A stretch of 64,000 nucleotides of DNA from positions 30,256,001 to 30,320,000 of the forward strand of contig NW_025963824.1 in NCBI RefSeq assembly GCF_023055435.1. The letters run 5' to 3'. The stretch comes from Haliotis rufescens. Lineage: Eukaryota. Position 1 is the first letter of the stretch; each line of letters begins with the position of its first letter. The notes beneath the pieces were generated by a model. It searched no databases and was not told the DNA's origin. It saw only the letters and a program-made list of their open reading frames with translations. Made by a program: the position numbers and the translations under genes. Below, in pieces: positions 53,240-64,000 of the stretch.

Positions 53240-53501
53240 TATATATTTTGATACAAACATTATATAAAATTCTCAGAAACTCAGACTTTTATATTGAATT
53301 TTGTTTTTGGAAATGTATAACAAATGATAACAGTAAAATGAAGAAGCACGGACCTTTGAGTATGGCTCACGAATAATTTGATTCCGAGCTGTTACGGGTT
53401 AATAAAAATACCCGAGTTATTGCAAATTGTCACTATGGGGTACAGATGGAACAGTCAGTCATTACTTGGAAGCCACTAATGATGCTTTTTAATGATATTT
53501 C

Positions 53502-53764
53502 GGGCGCCGCGATTCGCTGTGCAGAGTTGCGTCCCTTGGGCACGCCAGAAATCTATGATTGTGGGTTTGAATCCTGGTTCGCCCCGATTATGTTTCTAGA
53601 TTCGTCAGCACCATATCCGTGCTCGTGGGTTTCACCGAAGTGGTAAACTTCTGAGACCTGCTTCACTTCGGGCTTTCCTCCAACATTAATCTGACACGCC
53701 GTAATATAACTGGAATACTGTTAGAACGGGCATTAAACCCAACTCACTCACTCACTCACTCACT
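53502..53764 (+). mobile_element. SINE family B, 5'-truncated
   Basis: Colinear with the 17552 copy from ggcgccgcgattcg to the tail. Confidence 0.85.
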
Positions 53765-54081
53765 TCGTGACAAGCATGAGGTACTGGTGACCAATACCCC
53801 TGGTGGCACCAGAGACTGTGTAGCAGTATCATCACTGTTATTATTTAAACTGCCATTATGGATGTATTTATCAAATGGTATCAAAGTTCCCTTCCAATAC
53901 AAACAGCAAAAAAGGGACTTGACTTCACAAATGGAGAAATCGACAGATATATGATTATTATGTCAGCTTTTAAAAGAAAATGCAATAACATGTTGAGTTT
54001 GTACAGGCAGTATTAAAGGGAGATAATATCAAAGGGAGGTAAGTTAAAGGGAGGCAACTGATGTTTTGTTGTTTGTTGCAG

Positions 54082-54192
54082 GATGTTGCTCAGGCCTCAA
54101 TGGCAATGAATCGCCTTCAAGGCTTTGTTTTGCTCTCTTCTGATCGAGGAGGACTTCGTATTGAATATGCAAAGAACAAAATGGGGGAAGTG
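54082..54192 (+). CDS. cpo: cpo exon E9 (end of RRM2)
   Basis: gtttgttgcag|GAT...GTG|gtgagt; 111 nt; DVAQASMAMNRLQGFVLLSSDRGGLRIEYAKNKMGEV. Confidence 0.96.
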
Positions 54193-55584
54193 GTGAGTGG
54201 AGTTTAGTCCTTGATCCAACAAGTAAGGATAATTAAATTATTCTCCTTCAGGGGCCTATCTGCTTAGTCTCCAGCCCTGCACCAGCATGACCAAGCTTTC
54301 AGATAGTTGCCGAGTCTGTGGTGTAAAATTCAGCTTCAGGGCCTTGTGTATTTCATGTTGGCCCTGCACCATGCATGGTAAAATGTCAGCTAGATTGAAA
54401 TGTAAATATGTATTCTGTGATGCCTATATTTCAAAGGATTAATGTTGTGTCTAACACATCAAGACAGCTAATGATGCAGTACGCCAGGAACGATTTTTAG
54501 AAAATTTCAACGTCATTGTAGTGACGATTTGAGTACCAAGTAGACATATATTCGGTAAATATCATAAAGATTTGGTGTCTTTCACTGGTGAAAATCATCT
54601 GGTCACATGCTTGAAGACATAAACTTTGAACACGGCGTCACTTCATTTCTCGCTTTGGCACAGGAACCACTGCAGCATCACATCTATAGACTCTCTTTCA
54701 CAACACCAACTTGAACACAGATCTGTGGGTCAAAATGGATGACCTCGGTTTTGTGCACAAGTTAATATCTTTTGACAATCAATTGGAATCCTGAAATTCA
54801 ATGTTTTACAAATGCTGTCACTATGCTCATGTCAGTAGGTTTTCTGTCCTCATATTTACATGTAGACTTGTCTGGAGGGTTCTTTCATCGCAAACTGTTT
54901 TCCTCACAACTGACAAGAGTCCATTTTTTTCTTGTTTCAAAGGGTTCAGAATTTTGAGGAGTTGACAGTAAGACTACAGGTTGTTGTTATAAACCAAAGC
55001 TTTATAACCAATTTCCTCTAACACCTGTTTGCAGTTTCTTTCATCCTATTTGACCTAGTGCCAACTAGTTTTCAGGAAAATAGTTTTCCTACCCTCCTAA
55101 GGCTCCAGTGTGCTGGAACAGTGCATATTAACATGTGTTGGTTGATTTGGCGTTAATGGACCACTATTATCCCTGAGCATCACTAACCCACAGAAAGACG
55201 ATGAAGCCAGTTCTCAGTGTGTTCCTCTAGAAGTGTATTCACAAACAATGTCGGCCTCCTCCCCGAGATCATCCTGTACATGGGCGTGTCACACCCTCAT
55301 TGGACGCGGTTTTCAGAATTAAAGGGCAAGTAACGGGATTTTTTCGTTTGGGGGAGGATTTCGCATATGGGGGTCATATTATAGTGTCTGTTTTAAGCTA
55401 TGTTCATTTGTCAGAATTAATTTTGGTCAAGCATTTGTGATTAAATATGCCCTAATGTATTCACATCTGCATAGTTACTATGTTTACTTTACTAACGACG
55501 CTAAGACAATGAAAAACTACTCGTTCTCAGGCCATCTTTTAATGTGCAGTCTCAGCATGGTCAGACGAAGTTGTGAGGGGTTGT

Positions 55585-56112
55585 CTTCTTGCAAGAGGGG
55601 TTCTGTTATTGCAATAGGGAGTTGTGTTATGCAAGAGGGAGTTGTGTTATGCAAGAGGGGTTGTGTTATTGCAAGAGGGGTTGTGTTATTGCAAGAGGGG
55701 GTATGTTATTGCAAGAGGGGTTGTGTTATTGCAAGAGGGGTTGTGTTATTGCAAGAGGGGTTGTGTTATTGCAAGAGGGGGTATGTTATTGCAAGAGGGG
55801 TTGTGTTATTGCAAGAGGGGTTGTGTTATTGCAAGAGGGGTTGGGGTTGTGTTATTGCAAGAGGGGTTGTGTTATTGCAAGAGGGGTTGTGTTATTGCAA
55901 GAGGGGTTGTGTTATTACAAGAGGGGTTGTGTTATTACAAGAGGGGTTGTGTTATTACAAGAGGGGTTGTGTTATTACAAGAGGGGTTGTGTCAATGCAA
56001 GAGGGGTTGTGGTATTGAAAGAGGGGTTGTGTTATTGCAAGAGGGGTTGTGGTATTGAAAGAGGGGTTGTGGTATTGCAAGAGGGGGTTGTGTTATTGCA
56101 AGAGGGGTTGTT
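55585..56112. repeat. 20-bp minisatellite
   Basis: gcaagaggggttgtgttatt. Confidence 0.95.
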
Positions 56113-56377
56113 TTACTGAATGGCGGTGTGTGTTAATGCAAGAGGAGGGCGTGTTATTGCAAGTAGGGGGTGTAGTGTTGACGTGTTTGTGAATATGCTT
56201 CACTCAAATTTCTATTCCAAATTTTCTGGTACCACAGCACCTTTGATGTGTTTTTTTTTGTCATATCCCTTTTATGTGGAAAAGGGTTTTTATTTGTGTG
56301 CTTTTTAAAAAAAATAATAGTTCTAGAAAGAGTAGATTAAAGAATTATCAGTTTGAACTCCATCTTTGTGTGATCAG

Positions 56378-56531
56378 AGGGACGGTAAGATGGCCTTGAG
56401 GTTAGCGCATGTGCTTGTCATGAAGGCACGAGTTTCATTCCCACATGTGTCAATATGACGAGATCTTTCATGGCTTCCCTGCCGCAATATTGCTTGAAAA
56501 TTGCTAAAAATGGCATAAAATCAGACTCACT
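56378..56531 (+). mobile_element. degenerate SINE family A
   Basis: Colinear decayed head, body and tail (caatattgcttgaaaattgctaaaaatggcataaaatcagactcac). Confidence 0.55.
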
Positions 56532-56952
56532 GTGGTCGTTAGACATGTTTATTTATTTAAAGCTTATAGTATATGTGAATTAACTGGAGAGTGGTAGGAA
56601 TCGTGAAGATTCTAACCAAAGCTTCTAGGTAGCAGCTACTAGTGGTCCAATGTGACAAGGGTTTTATTACACCTTCAGAAGAAAAACTTTCCGATTATTG
56701 TTTAGGCCAGATCAATTGTTTCTAATGAATATTTTCGGGGGCTGCACTTTGCCAGATTTAGAGTTAATCTGCTCAACTTAAAAGTAAACTGATTTGGATT
56801 TAAGTAACAGAAATATGTAATATTTTCTGATGATATCACGCCCTTATTATTTATCAAAATTTATGAATAGTAATGGACTAAATCAGTAAAAGAGTTCGCT
56901 ATAAAAAGAAATTTGGATCTTATGTTTAATGAAATATTTTCTTCTTTTTCAG

Positions 56953-57012
56953 GGTAAAAAGGATGACTTCAACATTCTACAGTCCCCAGTTTCCATGGCG
57001 ACAGCATTTTGA
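56953..57012 (+). CDS. cpo: cpo terminal coding exon E10
   Basis: ttttcttctttttcag|GGT...TTT TGA; strong acceptor, phase 0; GKKDDFNILQSPVSMATAF*; followed by U-rich, SINE-free sequence. Confidence 0.8.
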   Translation, partial: GKKDDFNILQSPVSMATAF

Positions 57013-57100
57013 AGCACTATAGTTACCATGGTTACTGGAGTCGACTGTGTTTTGTGATATCAACCAATCATAACTTTTTAATCATGGTATCCTAGGCAAC
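56989..57100. promoter_or_regulatory. cluster of three RFX X-box-like palindromes
   Basis: GTTTCCATGGCGAC 56989, GTTACCATGGTTAC 57022, GTATCCTAGGCAAC 57087; CCAAT at 57064. Confidence 0.45.
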
Positions 57101-60100
57101 AAAATTTCTGCAGATGATTGTGTTTTGTGAGCTCTGATGCAACGAGTGACAGTATAGTGTAGGCCTATCTGGAAGTTGTACTGGTGTAGTCTCTGACCAA
57201 TGTGTTTTTGAAATCCAGTTACTGTTTTTGTTTCTTTTTTGTAAAGTTAAAATGAAACGATGGATGTTTCCACATTGTTTCCTGTTTCCGTGTGTGTTGT
57301 CCATGTTTGTTAATGCTAGACAGTAGATTGTTTCATAGGCAAAGAGCTCTGGCGCCATGGTTTACCATTTTCCCTGCTAGCAATGTGTTGATTTTTGTAC
57401 AGAACTCTGAAACAGTGGAATTTGTGTCCTGATTCGGATGGGTATTTTGATTTGTGTAAAATGTCTTGAAAATTCGGATATAAAAATACTTTTAGAATCG
57501 TTTGACCAGCATCTTGACCGATATTTATTGCAGTTTTTTTATTGCTGAATATGAAATATGGTAGGTCAGTTGATTATGTTTTGATCGGTTATGAAACAAT
57601 GAAACATATTTTGAGCTAATCCCATGAACACACGAATGGTCACCTAGCAGGGAATGGCGCCCGACAACCAGTGTCCAGTAATGTGCATGTGCTTTCTCGG
57701 CTGGGTTTAGGATCGTACAACTTGACTAAGTCTCCGTCCAAATTCCCTTGTACATATCTACTTGGATGTCATTATAATGCCACATCGAGAAAATAAACTA
57801 ATGGCCGCACTTTCTCCACGCTGGCCCTGTCTTTCCCTCGATACCGACAGCGTTTATTTCAACGGGATGGAAATGCGATTTTCACGACCATCTTTCCTAA
57901 CCTTAAAAGTGTGGTATTGTCATCAGTGCATAAATGCTGCCGAAAAACACTCGATGTCCCTTGTCTTTGTACTGTCGACGTGCCTATTGTTTAGGTGTGG
58001 TGAATACGCGCGAGCATTAAATGCCGGAGGTGAATTTGTCATCGACTTTGCATTATGGGTAATGTGTATTGGACGACTGAGAGTTCAACTGCCCTTTGAC
58101 CTTTGACCTTTTATGGTGCGCATACTCAGGGCAGACAATTTTGTGTGCTTGTTCAGACTTTTGATGCATAAATGTGAATGATATATATATTGTGTAGATA
58201 AAGGACCAATTTTGGGGACATGCTTTCCTGTGGTTCCCCGATACCATTTTCCACAAAACAGATCATATAGGCGTTTTTATACTGTTGCCATTTATGCATG
58301 TGAAGAAATCGAGTAAATTAGTCTGTAGATGATAGAGACAAACTTGACATATCTTTACCCCTGGAGACCTGATCAACCTAATTAGCTCCCTTGGATGAAT
58401 GAAACGAGCCATGGGTCGAACTCGGACAGCAGTAATGGCGGCGGTTATTTTTTTGTCTTGGGGCTCTAATTAGGTTGATTATGGTATTGTTTTTGTCTAA
58501 CAACGATTGGTCCTTTTTCTATGTCCTAGTGTGACCTTTTAGACATATATTGCAATTCCGATTCTAAACAATCAAATTTTGTCATACAGCAGGCTTTTAG
58601 CGGGCCGGTAAAGTGGTCATTCCATATCTTTGTATCATGATGTTACACGTCTAGAAATCCTGTTTACAAATCAAAATATTACCAAATAAGGACCTAGCGA
58701 TACAATGATACAACACCTTATTGGCTGATACGAAGTCTTGTGATACAGATACATACCCCCAACGGATTTCACTGTAGCGTGGCATTACCTTTGTTGAAAA
58801 ATGAACGATAAAACTTTGGTGAAGTCTTAAGGACCCATATATTTGTATCACGACACGTTCTGTATTGCGGCCATGGTACCTATTTTGTATCACATGTATC
58901 GTTGTATCGTGGAATAGTCATGACAGAAATCCAGAATGTATTTATGCTAAATCCATATCAACTGTGACCCTGTGCTTCAGGGTGGTGTTCCAGAAGAAGG
59001 TTTTGAGATGATTGATCCAATGTTTCCTTGTCTGTTCTTTCATTTGGACAGCACTTGTTTGGGTATTTAAGAGGAGCAAATACGTCCTTTATCTCAACAT
59101 GGGTACATACTCCACAAATTTCTTTCGTTTTGTTTTTATTTATTGTACTTTTTCCATGGGATCACTGGTTAATTTCACACTTTTCACTTTCTGAAACACA
59201 AAGAAGTCAAAAAAAGGGATATTTTGGGGAAGTGCATACAAATTTTCTAATTTCGAGTTTCCTCCCGAAGGTGACATTTGATTAATTGATTTATGTCATT
59301 CCTTATTCTAGGCGAGAAACATTTTACGGATACTGAGCTGTGTTTGGTCTATTTATTGCAATACTGTGGTTCCGCATCCAGAAAATCTATCAAATATACA
59401 AAATATGTATTTATCGATATTTAATACCCCTAACTTATTGTTAGTTTCATCTGGTTTGTTGTTTTTGTGGTAACTGTAGTAGCAGACCCACCTTAACATC
59501 AGGTAGTTGTCAAGATGCAGTAGTGGAAGGAGACTAGCAGGCTAGACAAACTGGTTGCGCTTTCGGTGTTGAAAATGGTATTTTGGGGTAGAAATAATTC
59601 CGAGTCGACAAGCATGAGGACATGGTTCTTGGTGACAGAAACATACTGTTGTCCTGAAAACTATTTCTGATCTTTTCTCAATGCAAGGGAAAAATGTGTA
59701 AATTTAGTTCTCTAAATTACGGATCTTCATCGTCAGGTAGATTTCTGATAATTATTTGAAAACTTTTCATTTCATGAAATAAAATAAAGAGTACGAAGGA
59801 AAGTTAAAACTTTCAACCTTTGTTGCAATATTTCCTGAATTTGAAACTTTTGAAAATTGTTTTTTGGCAGTTCTCTTGAATATGATCAAACAAAACCGCG
59901 TCACAAATGCTACTCTCTACACAACTAATGGTTTTATCTGTGACATTTGGAATCAAGTCGGCCATGTTTTCATGCTGAAAACTGTCTCAATTTACTAACA
60001 CTAGTTGTCCTCCTATATGTACAACTATAGTCTCTCGATATTTATACTGCCAGGAAGTCCAGGGTATGTGGGCGGTGGAATGGGAAAAAGTCCTCATGCA

Positions 60101-62160
60101 GTCTATGCGATCCTTCATATTTATTTCATTGTAAATTGGACTTAAAAGTCTTCATATCAGTAAGTTATCCTCACTTCGAAAAAAGACTCATCCATTTTCC
60201 ATTTTCCGATAGTGTGCTTTGTTCGTAGTATGTGATGAATTCAGCGATTCATTTATATATTGTTGATTTTTCTCGTACTATGTATTTATCCTGTTGGATT
60301 ATTTAACTATTTATATCTAGGGGAATATAAATAGATCAGCTGTGCTCATGTAGAATGTAGATTTTTGTAATCCTTGTTAACCCCTTCTGTTGCGTTTCCA
60401 TGGAGATGTGATACAAAGGGTTAATGTATATTAAACGAACAAGATGTGGACGTCGCTTGCAGTATGATATTGTTTCTATTAAGCCTTTTAAAGGAGTTAT
60501 TACTAGCCTATGAAATTCTATTTCTTGTTTGACATTGATGTGATATGCCTATCAACAGAAAGCCTCAATGATCTGGCAGATAGTTACTGTGTATGGGTCA
60601 TTGTTTGTTTATCTGTCCTGTTCTGTAAACAATGATTTGTATATTTGCATGTTGATGTTAAAGAAAATCTTCGTGAGGGTTTCACTTACCAACGAGTGTA
60701 CAGTACATAACATTCCAGCCAATCAGAGAACGGCATTTTGTAGGTCAGGGCGTAGGGGTGATCTTGCCCATCGACATGCTCTATCAAGTGGTAGCGATGT
60801 GCCTCAGTGTTGCTGTGTTATAGCGAGGAGCTACATGGGTGTAGCTGTCTTTTATATGAAGACGATACACAAATGTAGTGGTCTTTTATCGAGGGGCTAC
60901 ATGTGTGTATCTGCCTTATATCGAGGGGCAACATGAGTGTATCTGCCTTATAGTGAGGAGCTACATAAATGTATCTGCCTTATTGTGAGAAGCTACAGGA
61001 GTGTAGCTGCCTTACAGTGACGAGCTACAGGAATGTAGCTGCCTTATAATGAGGAGCTACACAAATGGAGCTGCTGAACATTGAGGAGCTACAGAAATGA
61101 AGCTGCCTTATAGTGAGGAGCTACAGTAATGTAGCTGCCTTATAGTGAGGAGCTACATTGTTGGCACAGAACATAGATAATGGTTCAGTGGTGAACATGT
61201 AATGAATTAACTACAAATATACCCCAGTTTGAAAAGTTAATGAAGCGTTTGATAACATGATTATTAAAAACCTTTTTTGGTAAGTTGAATGGTCCTGTGA
61301 TTGGCCAAACTTGATGCAAGTTGTACCAAATTCCTAGACTCGTGATCAGGAAGACACTGAGGAAGTGTGGGCCTTTCATTGCTTGTTCACCACCACCAAG
61401 TCCTCTCCCAGGCTATGTGCTTTAGATGTGGACTGTAATGTCTTCGAGTCCTTCATGGTTAATCAACTGTTTGCATGACAATGATTTCAATAATAATCAA
61501 AATATGGTATACATGTACAACCTAGACAGGGATCCTAGTTGACTTTGTGTAGATAGATATGTTTAATTTCCATCGAGATTTTTGCCTTTAACTCCCGTGT
61601 CATGTGTGCTTAAACCTTTACCTGAACATCGTGTCATTTCTCTCCGTTTTTCATTCTCCTTGTGATCAAAGGTAGACGTGTGTTCACTAGCCAGGGCTGT
61701 TCATTAAGTGTACAGTCTGTTAAAGCTGACTATCAAAATTTTTAGGAAATCAAACTAAATTGAAATCAAAGTTCCATTTCAAAAGATGGATGGAATTATT
61801 TCAAGCTAATATCAGATGAGTTTACGTAGATTGAGAATAAAATGCATTTGGAACTATCAGTGTTCAACTTTTTCAAGGATCAGCTTCAGGAAGTGAATTT
61901 ATTACAAAAGATGTTGTCAGTGTGATTAAATATAGACATTTTTCATGAACAGTGTTTTTGGGGAGATTCATGTAAATCGTGTAAAGTTTGTTTTTGGTAT
62001 CAAGCATAAAAGTGCATGAGTTGTTTCCCCTGATTTGACTAATTCTCCATGTTTTTCCAACTATGAAATTGTTTTATGTCTATGTTAGATGTATGATCCG
62101 GATGAAAGGTACAAATTTTGTCATTTATTGAAATAAATTGTATTTTTCCATGTAAAGAAT
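57013..62160 (+). other. putative long 3'UTR of cpo
   Basis: U-rich; no SINE copies; repeated TATTTAT; AATAAA at 59778/59783, 61836 and 62132; end point uncertain. Confidence 0.55.
60815..61158. repeat. 32-33-bp self-complementary tandem repeat in the putative 3'UTR
   Basis: gtagctgccttatagtgaggagctaca..., ~11 copies. Confidence 0.85.
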
Positions 62161-63532
62161 ATTGGTTGAGAACTCCAATGCATTTCATAACGAAATCAAC
62201 AAACGGTTGTGACATTTAAATACTCATTTACCTCGACGTTAGAAACCTGCAAGTGCATGTGACCCATTTGAGTTTCAATTACCTGTGAAATTTGATTTTA
62301 GATGGAAATGACCCAATTTCCTCATGCTTATACGAATTCCTGATTTCAAAGCTAAAATCAAACACAACTTAATTTTTGTCAAGAAAAATCCAATCCAATC
62401 CAATTTGACCTTTGGTAGACATGTTTCTGTTATATTACTGGTAGGGGCAATATTGTACATGACTGTCGCTCCCGACCAACTGTTTTGTCGTGCAATGGAC
62501 ATGTTTTTGCTCAAACCTCAAGAGTTCATTAGGGGTCATGTGACTGTGTCGCCATGGAGATACTTTGCATAATATTACTACGTTACTTCAGTTCCAACGT
62601 GTAAATAGATTGGTATAGTTCCCACCTGGAAGCCAGTATTTATTTTCATGCTGTTAGTTTTCATTCTTTAGCTCATGCTAGTTCATGACGGAGTTCTAGT
62701 TTAGTTCAATACATTTATGATTATTTATATTTTGTTTCCATTTTTTGCAATTTGTTAATTTCAACACTGCAGTGGGGACGCATTCGCTGCATTTTTCATC
62801 TTTCTCTCGCAATGTACATAGACAGCACCCATTAATATTTTGGGAATCTGACCATCGAAAGGTTTCTTCTCTGAAGTTCATCTACAGATATTAGTCTGCT
62901 CTCAAACCAGTGTTTCGAAACCAATGCCACAAAAGATTCTCTACAAATCAATAAGTACGAGATCCTTTGTTTTGAGGACAATGAATCATTAAGTCAAAAT
63001 TTGACGTTTTGGGGTATGTGGTCTCGAAAAAATATCCAGATTTTACATGATTTGACCTTTTGGATGTTGAGAGCTTGGCAGTCATGGTCGACTACGTTCC
63101 TAGTCTGATGAACGGTGGAGACGAAGCCTACAGCTACAACCTGTGATGTATATAGTTCGCAGAAATATGCCGACACAGTCACATGATTGCTGTAGATTTT
63201 GGTTTTTAAGAATAGCTAGTTTGGTGGACTATTTTTATCCTGAAGTTATCGTTCTATACATTGAATAAAGGTGAATTCCTGAAATATTACTTGTGGATTT
63301 GTTATTTATGTTCCTTCCTCCTTGGCAGCCATTTTGACCATCCGGTACCCATTTCCCTGCACATTGACACCACAGTCAGCAATATTCCTGATTGATGATG
63401 CCGGCGAGTTAATTAAGCGGGAACCAGGAATACCGGTGGTATTGGTTATGTTCCTTATGGGTATAACAAACTGTCACCACCAATCTCATGACACTGTGAC
63501 AACCTGACCCACTACCTCAGTCCATCTTCCAG

Positions 63533-63653
63533 AGGCAAGGGATTTAACTGACTATAAAAGTCCACTGGTGGCCCTATGATTGAGCCCAGAAATTCCAGCC
63601 ATGTTCGGCAAGGGTGCAAACTGGACTTTTATAGTCAGTTAACTCCTTTGCCT
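63533..63653. mobile_element. internally deleted MITE of the same TIR family
   Basis: aggcaagggatttaactgactataaaagtcca ... tggacttttatagtcagttaactcctttgcct inverted pair. Confidence 0.7.
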
Positions 63654-63655
63654 AG

Positions 63656-64000
63656 GGACCGCCTCCGTGGTCTAAAGGTAGAGCGTCCGCCCGGAGAGCG
63701 GAAGGTCAGGGGTTCGATCCCCGACCGCGTCATACCAAAAGCTGTTAAAAGATGGTACTTGTTACCCTGTCTGGCGTTCGGCATTAAGGGGCTAAAACAA
63801 GGACTGGTCGGCTCGGAGTCAGTATACTGTGTCTGAGTGGGGTATTCATGTTAAATTGCGGCATGGTATCTCAGTGAGCTAGCACTATAAATCGGCATCA
63901 GTCCGGACTAGTACAAGCAGCCACACAAACACACACAGGTACATGCACGTCGCAAGTGCAATAATCTTGGACGCGATGTTAAACCCCATTTCACCTCACC
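63656..64000 (+). mobile_element. SINE family C
   Basis: Box A/B head (GGTTCGATCCCC), body and tttcacctcacc tail at the window edge. Confidence 0.9.

Noticed and set aside
58698-58909. Inverted repeat cgatacaatgataca / tgtatcgttgtatcg as a functional UTR structure
   Set aside because: Multiple GATAC/GTATC sub-repeats look more like a decayed MITE

Overview
Eukaryotic, AT-rich, repeat-dense genomic DNA. It is probably molluscan, and abalone-like judging by SINE style (inference). The window is almost entirely one + strand gene, a couch potato / MEC-8 / RBPMS-family RNA-binding protein with two RRMs. Its first coding exon is not visible and is probably upstream. I numbered the visible coding exons E2-E10 (15722-57012); they splice GT-AG in frame to 320 aa plus stop, followed by a probable ~5 kb 3'UTR. 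The best finding is a pair of duplicated 54-nt exons inside RRM1 (23700-23753, divergent GFENGLLKVMGKPGKNNC; 24537-24590, canonical GYEGSLLKVTNKNGKNTS), the signature of mutually exclusive splicing. Dense clusters of CAC, the motif this protein family binds, lie just downstream of the divergent exon and upstream of/within the canonical one, suggesting an autoregulatory switch of the RNA-binding domain. Other candidates: a poison acceptor followed by four in-frame stops, alternative C-termini, an RFX X-box cluster, structured 3'UTR elements, a SINE with a 92-bp target-site duplication, a non-tRNA retroposon head with a pseudoknot, a hAT deletion derivative, MITEs and many minisatellites. Nearly all ORF-track ORFs are repeat artefacts.
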